Source: Bacteroidales bacterium
GTDB taxonomy: Bacteria > Bacteroidota > Bacteroidia > Bacteroidales > VadinHA17
Assembly: GCA_036261265.1 (NCBI GenBank)
Contig: DATALC010000074.1
Location: 17,393 to 81,392 of the forward strand
DNA: 64,000 nt
Direction of reading: 5' to 3'
Part shown: one piece after another, positions 16,310 to 24,907 of the stretch
How positions within the stretch are numbered: position 1 is the first letter of the stretch
Layout of the letters: each line of letters starts with the position of its first letter
Notes under the pieces: model-generated
Told to the model about the DNA's origin: nothing
What the model saw: only the letters and a program-made list of their open reading frames with translations
The model's database searches: none
Program-made: the position numbers and the translations under genes

Positions 16310-19267
16310 ATGCGTCCTTTAAGGTCATTTTTCATTTTACTGATCTTCCTGGTTTGTTTCACGGGCTTTCATTATATTCTTCCTGTAAAGGAATTCTTCC
16401 CTTCGGTAAGCGAATTTATTCCGGGCTTAATATCAGAGAGTTATACTCCTTCATCTGATACTTTAAGGAAAGCATCAATTGAGAATTCAACAGTTGAGAA
16501 TGATTCTGTTCTGAAAGCTCATAGGGCTATTGATATAACTGACAGCATTAATTTAAAGGAGGAAAGTCATATTGAAACTTTCCTGGATTCATTGTCTGAT
16601 GCCGGAAGGCAGACACGTATATTATATTACGGCGATTCACAGATTGAGGGCGACAGGATGACTTCCTGGCTCAGGAATTACTTCCGAAGGTTTTCGGGGG
16701 GTACCGGTCCCGGGCTTTTCCTACCTGTTATGCCTGTTATGTACACAAAAACGTTCTGGCTGAGATCTTCGCCAAACTGGATAAAATATAATTATCTCTC
16801 TTATCATAACAAAGAGATATCACACAGGCTGTTTGGACCTTTCATGGCAATCTGCAGGTATTTGCCCGAAAGAACGGTGACACAGGTTCCTGAAAAAGCC
16901 TTTGTAAAAATCAAACCTTCAAGAATGGCCGACAGTCTTTCTTCTGTTTATGAAAAGTTGCGCATCTTTTACAGGCAGGGGGAAGGACTTGTTACTGTCA
17001 ATGTTCTCGGTGACGGTACCCTTATTTGTACAGATACACTTTCTGCCGGAAATCAGATAAATGAATTCACATGCGCTCTCAACGATCCAGAAGAAGTTAC
17101 AGTTGAGTTTTCCGGGGTGACCAGCCCCGACATATATGGTATCAGTATCGAGAGCAGCAAAGGAGTTGTTGTTGACAACATTCCGCAGAGAGGGAGCGCC
17201 GGACTCGAATTCACAATGGTCGATAAGAATAATCTTAAGGAATCGTACGCAAGGCTGAAACCAGGGATGATAGTACTTCAATACGGGCTTAATGTTGTGC
17301 GGAATGTACGGAATGATTATTCATATTACAGGAAGGGGCTGGAAAGGCAGCTTACACTGATAAGAGAGGTCGCACCACATTCTGAAATACTCGTAGTTGG
17401 CATCACTGATATGGCCGCACAAAAAGGTGACAGCTTATTGTCGTTCCCAAATATTCCTTCAATAATCAGGGCACAGAAAGAAGCCTCAGAACTGGAAGGC
17501 GTAATGTTCTGGGATTCATGGAAGTACATGGGCGGGAAATTCTCTGTCATCAGATGGTCGGAGAAAGTTCCTCCGCTGGCTCAGAAGGATCTTGTTCATC
17601 TTACATACGAAGGGGCTGACACGCTTGCAAGTCTGCTTACAGCTACTCTGTTCAAATCAGGACAAAATAAAGCGACGTTCAGTGATGATAAAGTGAATGA
17701 GATAAGAAAAAACCAGGCTGTTATAACCACGCCCGGTACTGTTAAGAGCACAGGGGAGAAATTGCTTTCAGAAGTTCTGGGCTATGATCCCGGCAAGCCG
17801 ATGATATTTACTACTGCATCCTTCTGGTTTTTCATGCTTATTGTTCTCGGAGTGTACAGCATGATATACAAAAAGCTGTTCCTGAGGAATTTCTATCTTT
17901 TTCTTGTCAGTCTCTTCTTTTATTATAAATCGGGAGGGTTGTTTCTTTTCCTTCTGATACTTGTGACTTGCATCGATTATCTAAGCGGACTTATCATTGG
18001 AACTTCGGATAAGAAACCTGTGAAAAAACTCTTTATACTTCTTAGTATCATATCAAATCTGGGTATCCTTGCTTATTTCAAATATACAGGGTTTATAATC
18101 GCCACTCTTAACAATCTATTGGATACAGATTTCAGGGTATACGATATGCTTGCTGAGCTTTCGAATTCCTGGTTCGGATCATCTTTTAGTATCAGCAGTA
18201 TAGTTCTTCCGGTGGGAATATCTTTTTTCACTTTCCAGTCATTGAGCTACACAATCGATGTTTACCGGGGTAAGATTGAACCTGTCAGAAACATACTTGA
18301 TTTCGGATTTTTTGTTTCCTTTTTTCCACAGCTTGTTGCCGGCCCGATTGTCAGAGCCTCTGAATTTATTCCACAGATCTATGTTCCCTACCATCTTGAG
18401 AAGCGCGAATTCAGCCACGCTCTTTTTCTAATAAGTAAAGGGCTTATTAAGAAAATAATAATATCTGATTTCATTGCTGTAAACTTTATTGACAGGGTAT
18501 TTGATGCACCTTCAATGTATTCGGGATTCGAGAACCTGATGGCTGTTTATGGCTATGGCCTTCAGATCTATTGTGATTTTTCCGGGTATACTGATATTGC
18601 AATCGGACTTGGTCTTTTATTCGGCTTCAGGCTTCCGCTTAACTTTAATTCTCCTTACAAAGCCGATTGTCCGTCTGATTTCTGGAAACGTTGGCATATC
18701 TCACTTTCAAGATGGCTCAAAGATTATCTGTACATTCCACTGGGAGGCAACAGGAAGGGGAAAATCCGTACATATTTAAATCTTCTGGTAACAATGATCC
18801 TTGGCGGGTTATGGCATGGAGCAAGCCTTCTTTTTATTATATGGGGTTTTCTTCACGGGGTAGGTCTTGTTATTGAGAGATTATTCAGGTCGTTTTTTGC
18901 CGAACCCTCTAAAAGCAAAATCAGGCATGCGTTAGCAGTGATCCTTACTTTTCATTTTGTAAGCTTTTGCTGGATATTTTTCAGAGCCGGCAGCCTGGAG
19001 AACGTAAGGATAATCCTCTCACAGATTACAAACGCCTTCTCTCCCGGCGCCTGGAGTGCAGTCATGATATCTTACAGCAGTGTATTCCTTCTCATTGCAG
19101 TTGGATATCTCATGCATTTTCTTCCTGAAAACATTAAAGAATCGTACAGGGGTTTATTTATTAGAATACCGGTTCCTGTACAGATGGCAGCTATAATGAT
19201 AATTGCAATCCTCCTGTTTCAAATGAGGTTTACAGAAACATTGCCATTTATATATTTCAGATTCTAA
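16310..19267 (+). CDS. fusion protein: N-terminal TM anchor plus SGNH/GDSL-like domain, C-terminal MBOAT (AlgI/PatA/DltB-type) O-acyltransferase
   Basis: ATG at 16310 (MRPLRSFFILL...) avoids overlap with the upstream gene. SGNH block I YYGDSQIEGD and block V KDLVHLT. MBOAT part starts near MIFTTASFWFF and carries RWHISLSRWLKDYLYIPLGGNR and GGLWHGAS. No stop between the two halves. Confidence 0.8.
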   Translation: MRPLRSFFILLIFLVCFTGFHYILPVKEFFPSVSEFIPGLISESYTPSSDTLRKASIENSTVENDSVLKAHRAIDITDSINLKEESHIETFLDSLSDAGRQTRILYYGDSQIEGDRMTSWLRNYFRRFSGGTGPGLFLPVMPVMYTKTFWLRSSPNWIKYNYLSYHNKEISHRLFGPFMAICRYLPERTVTQVPEKAFVKIKPSRMADSLSSVYEKLRIFYRQGEGLVTVNVLGDGTLICTDTLSAGNQINEFTCALNDPEEVTVEFSGVTSPDIYGISIESSKGVVVDNIPQRGSAGLEFTMVDKNNLKESYARLKPGMIVLQYGLNVVRNVRNDYSYYRKGLERQLTLIREVAPHSEILVVGITDMAAQKGDSLLSFPNIPSIIRAQKEASELEGVMFWDSWKYMGGKFSVIRWSEKVPPLAQKDLVHLTYEGADTLASLLTATLFKSGQNKATFSDDKVNEIRKNQAVITTPGTVKSTGEKLLSEVLGYDPGKPMIFTTASFWFFMLIVLGVYSMIYKKLFLRNFYLFLVSLFFYYKSGGLFLFLLILVTCIDYLSGLIIGTSDKKPVKKLFILLSIISNLGILAYFKYTGFIIATLNNLLDTDFRVYDMLAELSNSWFGSSFSISSIVLPVGISFFTFQSLSYTIDVYRGKIEPVRNILDFGFFVSFFPQLVAGPIVRASEFIPQIYVPYHLEKREFSHALFLISKGLIKKIIISDFIAVNFIDRVFDAPSMYSGFENLMAVYGYGLQIYCDFSGYTDIAIGLGLLFGFRLPLNFNSPYKADCPSDFWKRWHISLSRWLKDYLYIPLGGNRKGKIRTYLNLLVTMILGGLWHGASLLFIIWGFLHGVGLVIERLFRSFFAEPSKSKIRHALAVILTFHFVSFCWIFFRAGSLENVRIILSQITNAFSPGAWSAVMISYSSVFLLIAVGYLMHFLPENIKESYRGLFIRIPVPVQMAAIMIIAILLFQMRFTETLPFIYFRF

Positions 19268-19292
19268 ACCAGGAATCAGGACAAAATATTGA

Positions 19293-20522
19293 CTATAAAT
19301 AATCATCAGGTTTTTTTGCAGCTTTAACGAATGGCTCAACAGCCCTGTTGTAGATTCCCTGAACGTAAGCTATTGCCATTCCATAGTTAGTGACAGGAAC
19401 GCCTGAATTTATTGCATCCCGGAGCCTGTTCTGAAGCTGTTTCCCTGTGATCATGCATCCACCGCATTGAATTACAAGCGAATATTCCTGAATGGAACGT
19501 GGAAGTACATCAAGCCCTGCGACAACTTCGAACCGGAGCTTCTTTCCGGTGAAGTTAGTCAGCCACCGGGGGATCTTTACTCTTCCAATATCATCACAGG
19601 AAACGTGGTGACTGCAGGATTCAAGGAGCAATACACGATCACCATCTTTAAGTTCTGAGATTTTCGGTGTTCCTTCAATATATTTTTCGAAATTTCCTTT
19701 AAACCTTGCAAGCATAATGCTGAAGCTTGTCAATGGAACATCTGCAGGAACAGAGGCATCGGCTTTTGTGAAAACCTGCGAATCTGTTATTGCAAGAGCA
19801 GGCTTAATCCCTGTTTTTTTAAGAAAAGAATCGACTTCCCTTTCTTTGAGCACAATTGCAACAGCATCATTATCAATTATATCCCTGATTGCCTGAATCT
19901 GGGGAAGAATGAGTCTTCCGGCTGGTGCTTCAACATCAATCGGGGTGATAAGCAAAACAATATCACCATATTTGATCAGGTCGCCTAATAAGGAATTATA
20001 CTTCCATGAATGCTCGGGAATTGCCTCGCGTATAAGCGATATCAGTACTTCATAATTTCTTTTGTCGATGCAGGAGAACTCCACAAGCTGAACCCCTGTT
20101 AAAGCAAGAACATTATTTGTGAAACCCGGCTCTGGTCTCAGAATATCTGATTTATTATGAATTATAAGGAATGGAATATCTTTTTCCCTGAACCTGTTTA
20201 CAAGATCATTCTCGTAATCGCCCCAGGCATTCCCGGCAATTACTAACAGTGCCAGATCTATTATATCAAGAGTTCTGTTTGTTCTCTCAACACGTTTGCT
20301 TCCAATCTCACCTGAATCATCGATACCTGCAGTGTCTACAAGTATCACGGGTCCGAAATCTGTAATCTCAAATGATTTTTTAACAGGGTCAGTTGTTGTG
20401 CCGGGCTTTTCCGAAACGATTGCAATATCCTGGTTTGCAAGGCAGTTTATGAGGCTGCTTTTCCCATTATTTCTCCTGCCATATATACCAATATGAGGCT
20501 TGGATTCTCTCCCTTTTGACAT
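19293..20522 (-). CDS. hydF: [FeFe]-hydrogenase H-cluster maturation GTPase HydF
   Basis: G1 GRRNNGKSSLIN, G3 DTAG, NKSD. C-terminal cluster motif C303-x-H305-x46-Q352-C353-x2-C356. Confidence 0.85.
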   Translation of the reverse strand: MSKGRESKPHIGIYGRRNNGKSSLINCLANQDIAIVSEKPGTTTDPVKKSFEITDFGPVILVDTAGIDDSGEIGSKRVERTNRTLDIIDLALLVIAGNAWGDYENDLVNRFREKDIPFLIIHNKSDILRPEPGFTNNVLALTGVQLVEFSCIDKRNYEVLISLIREAIPEHSWKYNSLLGDLIKYGDIVLLITPIDVEAPAGRLILPQIQAIRDIIDNDAVAIVLKEREVDSFLKKTGIKPALAITDSQVFTKADASVPADVPLTSFSIMLARFKGNFEKYIEGTPKISELKDGDRVLLLESCSHHVSCDDIGRVKIPRWLTNFTGKKLRFEVVAGLDVLPRSIQEYSLVIQCGGCMITGKQLQNRLRDAINSGVPVTNYGMAIAYVQGIYNRAVEPFVKAAKKPDDYL

Positions 20523-20587
20523 CGCGATAATTTTACTGCAAAATTAACAATATTGAAGAAATCAGTCTGTGTTCAGGCAATCTGTGC

Positions 20588-22024
20588 TCAAAGATCCTCA
20601 ATTGAGAAGCCGAGCTTAAGTAGATTGCCCGGAGACAGAATAATGCTGAGCTTTTCTTCTGCAACAAGATCCAGTATTTTATTGACCTCAAAAATACTGA
20701 GAGATCTCTCTTTCATTAGAATTGCAGCTTCAGAGGCCTTATGGTAACCAATATATGGTACAAGAGCTGTCGTAATTGAAGCGCTGTATATCAGATTCGT
20801 GTATGAGACTGATTGATTTATTTCAAGCCCGTTGAAGAAATTGTTAAGAAGAGTATCGCAACAGGCAGTCAGTAACCGTATACTTTCTATTACTGAATAG
20901 CCTATTATTGGAAGATATGCGTTAAGCTCCAGTGTTCCAAGTGCAGATAATGAACTTACAAGCTGATCATTTGAATAAACCTTATGTGCGCATGAAATTA
21001 CAAATTCAGGTACGACAGGATTGACCTTCCCGGGCATAATAGAGCTTCCGACCTGTACTGCAGGAATACTGACAGTCTTTCTCATAACAACATCTGAAGC
21101 AAGCAATCTTATATCTGAGGATATTTTTTCAAGATTAACAGCATTGGCTTTCAGTATTGCATGAAGCTCCACCCACCTGTCGAGATTCGATGTTGTATCG
21201 GGCATGTTTTCGCTATGAGCCAGGGGCAGTCCCGTAATATTCCTGAGAGCAGGCACAATCTCCATTATAAAGTATCTCGGTTGTGCAAGGCCTGTACCGA
21301 TTGCACCTCCGCCCAGATTTACCTGTTTTATCCTTTCAGAAATCTTTGACACTCTCCACCAGTCGCGTGATAAGGCATCATTGTAGGAGCTGAATAATAT
21401 ACCGAAAGAGGATGGTACAGCTTCCTGCATCTGTGTATACCCGGGCCGAAGATCCTGCCTGTGCTTCCTTTCAAGTCCCTCAATAGCCTGTCGCAAAGCA
21501 TTGATCTTGTTTTCAAGCTCCTGAACAAGATACATAACAGCAACGACGAGCGAAGTCGGAATCACGTCATTTGTTGACTGATAGATATTTGCGTGTTCGG
21601 TTGGATCGATAATATTATATTCTCCCGGCTTGTTACCTGTCTTTATAAGTGATGCATTTGCTATTATTTCATTGATGTTCATGTTTATACTTGTACCTGC
21701 CCCTCCCTGAACTGCTGGTACAATAAACTGATCGAAATATTTACCCCTGGATACTTCTTCTGCCGACAGTATCATGGCATCGAGTATCTCATCGGAGATG
21801 ATCCTGAAAGGAAGATCCGGGCCTAGTCTTGTGGTTGCAGCATTTCTGAAAGAACGGTAAGTCCTGTAGCAGGCGAGCTTTGTTAAGCCAACAGCTTTAT
21901 ACCATTCAGGCGGGAAAGGAGTAATATCGGGAAAATTCTCTCTTGCTCTGGCAGCATGAATTCCATAGAGCGCATCGTATGGGATCTGCTTTTCACCAAG
22001 ATTATCTTTCTCAATACGTAACAT
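20588..22024 (-). CDS. aspartate ammonia-lyase / class II fumarase-family lyase
   Basis: MLRIEKDNLGEKQIPYDALYGIHAARA N-terminus, QSTNDVIPT, and the family signature GSSIMPGKVNPV. Confidence 0.8.
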   Translation of the reverse strand: MLRIEKDNLGEKQIPYDALYGIHAARARENFPDITPFPPEWYKAVGLTKLACYRTYRSFRNAATTRLGPDLPFRIISDEILDAMILSAEEVSRGKYFDQFIVPAVQGGAGTSINMNINEIIANASLIKTGNKPGEYNIIDPTEHANIYQSTNDVIPTSLVVAVMYLVQELENKINALRQAIEGLERKHRQDLRPGYTQMQEAVPSSFGILFSSYNDALSRDWWRVSKISERIKQVNLGGGAIGTGLAQPRYFIMEIVPALRNITGLPLAHSENMPDTTSNLDRWVELHAILKANAVNLEKISSDIRLLASDVVMRKTVSIPAVQVGSSIMPGKVNPVVPEFVISCAHKVYSNDQLVSSLSALGTLELNAYLPIIGYSVIESIRLLTACCDTLLNNFFNGLEINQSVSYTNLIYSASITTALVPYIGYHKASEAAILMKERSLSIFEVNKILDLVAEEKLSIILSPGNLLKLGFSIEDL

Positions 22025-22048
22025 ATTGATAATCAGATATTTACATAA

Positions 22049-23218
22049 TCAGGCATTTGAAACAGGAATTGCATAGGTAAGAACATCTTTTCCTGTTATT
22101 TCATTAGGGCAGAGAATAATAAGTCTCTCAAGCACATTCCTGAATTCTCTGATATTACCCGTCCATTGAATTTTCTGCAGCTCGCTTATTGCATCTTTAG
22201 TGATAGTTTTTCTGCTCATGCCATATTCACCGCATATAAGCGAATTGAAATGGTCTGCAAGGATCGGGATATCCTCAGCCCGTTCATTGAGGGAAGGAAC
22301 ATGAATGAGTATTACACTTATACGGTGATAAAGATCTTCCCTGAAGTTGTTACTTTCAATTTCCTTTTTGATGTTTTTGTTAGTTGCAGCTACTACCCTG
22401 ACATTTACATGAATATCCTTATCTGAACCAACTCTGCTTATTTTATTTTCCTGCAATGCACGAAGAACTTTTGCCTGGGCAGATAAGCTCATATCACCTA
22501 TTTCATCGAGGAAAAGAGTACCGCCATTAGCCTGTTCAAATTTGCCTATTCTCTGCTTGATTGCAGAGGTGAAGGAACCTTTCTCATGACCGAAAAGTTC
22601 ACTTTCTATCAATTCTGAAGGTATAGCTGCACAGTTTACCTCTACAAAGGGACCTTTGGCGCGTGGGCTTTTCTCATGGATCTGATGTGCCACAAGTTCT
22701 TTACCCGTGCCGTTTGATCCTGTTATAAGCACTCTTGCCTCGGTGGGAGCCACCCTGTCGATCATCTGTTTTACCTGCCTTATTGCCTCTGATTCTCCCA
22801 CGATCTCGTACATCTTGCTCACTTTGTTCTTCAGCACCTGGGTCTGTATGATAAGAGTGGATTTATCGAGTGCATTACGAATTGTTATGAGAAGCCTGTT
22901 AAGGTCAAGAGGTTTCTCAAGAAAATCATAAGCGCCTTTTTTTATTGATTCCACGGCAGTGTCGATATTCCCATGACCTGATATCATTACAACAGGAATA
23001 TCCCTTGAAGCTTCGGTTATCCTCGATAGAACCTCAATTCCATCCATTTTCGCCATCTTGATATCGCATAATACAATATCGTAAGAGTTTGAAGCAAAAA
23101 GCTCCAGGCCTTTTGGACCATCCTCTGCAAGGTCGACCTCGTGTTTCTCATATTCGAGTACGTCCTTGAGGGTGTTTCTTATTGCACGCTCATCATCTAT
23201 TACAAGGATTTTTGACAT
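22049..23218 (-). CDS. sigma-54-dependent response regulator (receiver plus AAA+ domain) lacking a C-terminal HTH domain
   Basis: Receiver (ILVIDDE...DIKMAKMDG), Walker A GSNGTGKE, sigma-54 contact loop GSFTSA (GAFTGA variant), Walker B LFLDEIGDM. Ends about 35 aa after the AAA+ lid (NIREFRNVLERL). Confidence 0.85.
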   Translation of the reverse strand: MSKILVIDDERAIRNTLKDVLEYEKHEVDLAEDGPKGLELFASNSYDIVLCDIKMAKMDGIEVLSRITEASRDIPVVMISGHGNIDTAVESIKKGAYDFLEKPLDLNRLLITIRNALDKSTLIIQTQVLKNKVSKMYEIVGESEAIRQVKQMIDRVAPTEARVLITGSNGTGKELVAHQIHEKSPRAKGPFVEVNCAAIPSELIESELFGHEKGSFTSAIKQRIGKFEQANGGTLFLDEIGDMSLSAQAKVLRALQENKISRVGSDKDIHVNVRVVAATNKNIKKEIESNNFREDLYHRISVILIHVPSLNERAEDIPILADHFNSLICGEYGMSRKTITKDAISELQKIQWTGNIREFRNVLERLIILCPNEITGKDVLTYAIPVSNA

Positions 23219-23220
23219 GG

Positions 23221-23457
23221 CTACAATGCTTTATCCCCTGCGGGGAAATTGAAACATTTTTATTTTCTACAATGCTTGATCCCCTACGGGGAAATTGAAA
23301 ACATTATTTATATTCTACAATGCTTTATCCCCTACGGGGAAATTGAAAACATTTTTATATTCTACAATGCTTTATCCCCTACGGGGAAATTGAAAACATT
23401 ATTTATATTCTACAATGCTTTATCCCCTACGGGGAAATTGAATAGTTTTTTATTTAT
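23221..23457 (+). repeat. tandem array, 5 copies of a 47-48-bp hairpin-containing unit
   Basis: Copies start at 23221, 23267, 23315, 23362 and 23410. Core is CTACAATGCTTTATCCCCTACGGGGAAATTGAAAAC plus an 11-12-nt AT-rich linker. Each unit contains a TCCCC-NNN-GGGGA hairpin. Confidence 0.95.
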
Positions 23458-23458
23458 T

Positions 23459-23519
23459 CATTCATTCATTCAATCATTCATTCAATCAATCATTCATTCA
23501 TTCAATCATTCATTCATTC
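23459..23519. repeat. tetranucleotide microsatellite (CATT/CAAT), 15 units
   Basis: CATTx3 CAAT CATTx2 CAATx2 CATTx3 CAAT CATTx3, read directly. Ends 15 nt before the ABC permease stop codon (23535-23537). Confidence 0.95.
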
Positions 23520-23534
23520 TCCCCTTCACCCCTG

Positions 23535-24890
23535 TCATCCTTTATACATTATCCATTTCCACATTTCTTTCCATGATGCTTTTTTGCCGTACATAAGGAT
23601 ACCTATCCTGTACACCTTTGCACCCATCCATACAAAAGCGAGGAATGTACCCAGCATGAGGATCATTGAAAGAGCGAGCTGCCATACAGGTACGCCGAAA
23701 GGAATACGCGCCATCATTACAATAGGAGAGGTGAGGGGAATTATTGAGAACCAGAAAGCAAGCGGGCTTTCCGGATTCGACATTGTTCCCATTGCAACCA
23801 TAAGCGCCAGAATTATTGGAATCGTAACAGGCAGCATAAACTGCTGGGTTTCTGTTTCATTATCAACTGCCGAACCGATTGCTGCAAAGATTGATGAGTA
23901 AAGAAGATATCCTGTTATGAAGAAAAATATGAATGAGAATATAATCAAGCCCCAGGGCTGGTTCATTGCACTTTCGAAAACCTCAGTGTATTTGATCATA
24001 TCGGGAGAAGCCTGTGCAGGAGTTGTCACACTGTCAGGCAGATTACTATTCATCACATTAGACGGAATGTTCTGTGTTATGGTTGTAATATCCTTGTCTT
24101 TCATAATATTGTTCTTCACAACCATAACAGTTGCAGACATAAGTAAAATCCAGATCAGGAACTGAGTGAGGCCAACGAGTGCGATCCCAAGAATCTTACC
24201 CATCATAAGCTGATATGGTTTTACAGATGAGATTATTACCTCAACAACCCTGCTTGTTTTTTCTTCAATTACACCTCTCATAACCTGTGAACCGAAGATG
24301 AATATCAGCATATACATCAAAAAACCAAGGCCGTAAGTGAGAATCATTGAAATTCCTGTGCTTGTCTTTTTTTCTTGCCCGGTTGTATCGATTGTACTTG
24401 TTTGTATTGAAACTTTTGTTTCAACTGCTTTCATAATATCATCGAGGCTGTCGATTTTGAAGGCAAGCAATTTCTGTCTTTCGATCTCTTTTTTCAGTGT
24501 ACCTTCAATATTTTCAAGAAGGCTCATAGGGGGCTGCTTCTTTGAAATAAGCTTTACAGCATTAGGTGTATTCACAATTTCAGGAGAAATCCATAGGATC
24601 CCGTAATAATCAGATGTATTCAGAGATGATTTAAGCTCATCGAATGATTTGCCCTCTATATATTCAAAATCTATGTCATCCCTGTCTTTCAGAACTCCCC
24701 TGAAGAGATCAGATCCATCCTCAACCACAGCAATTTTCTTGAAATCACCGCCTTCATCCATCATAAGGTAAGTAGGCAATATTATAAGAGCAGCCATTAG
24801 TATGGGAGCAAGGATTGTCATTACTATGAATGATTTCTTCCTGACCCTTGTCAAATACTCTCTTTTAATTATGACTGATATTTTGTTCAT
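23535..24890 (-). CDS. ABC-2 type transporter permease (NatB-like)
   Basis: 451 aa: N-terminal TM, large extracytoplasmic domain, then 5 C-terminal TM segments. Follows the ABC ATPase. Confidence 0.75.
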   Translation of the reverse strand: MNKISVIIKREYLTRVRKKSFIVMTILAPILMAALIILPTYLMMDEGGDFKKIAVVEDGSDLFRGVLKDRDDIDFEYIEGKSFDELKSSLNTSDYYGILWISPEIVNTPNAVKLISKKQPPMSLLENIEGTLKKEIERQKLLAFKIDSLDDIMKAVETKVSIQTSTIDTTGQEKKTSTGISMILTYGLGFLMYMLIFIFGSQVMRGVIEEKTSRVVEVIISSVKPYQLMMGKILGIALVGLTQFLIWILLMSATVMVVKNNIMKDKDITTITQNIPSNVMNSNLPDSVTTPAQASPDMIKYTEVFESAMNQPWGLIIFSFIFFFITGYLLYSSIFAAIGSAVDNETETQQFMLPVTIPIILALMVAMGTMSNPESPLAFWFSIIPLTSPIVMMARIPFGVPVWQLALSMILMLGTFLAFVWMGAKVYRIGILMYGKKASWKEMWKWIMYKG

Positions 24891-24907
24891 TTTTCCTGGT
24901 ATAAAGG

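Noticed and set aside
23221-23457. CRISPR array call for the 47-48-bp repeats
   Set aside because: The 36-nt core looks repeat-like, but the intervening 11-12 nt are nearly identical to each other and far too short for spacers. No cas genes or leader lie in the window. It is better described as a tandem repeat.
23249-23596. 115-aa plus-strand ORF across the repeat array
   Set aside because: The translation is simply the periodic reading of the tandem repeats and microsatellite (LQCFIPYGEIENI..., HSFIQSFIQS). It overlaps the 3' end of the ABC permease gene and has no protein-like features.
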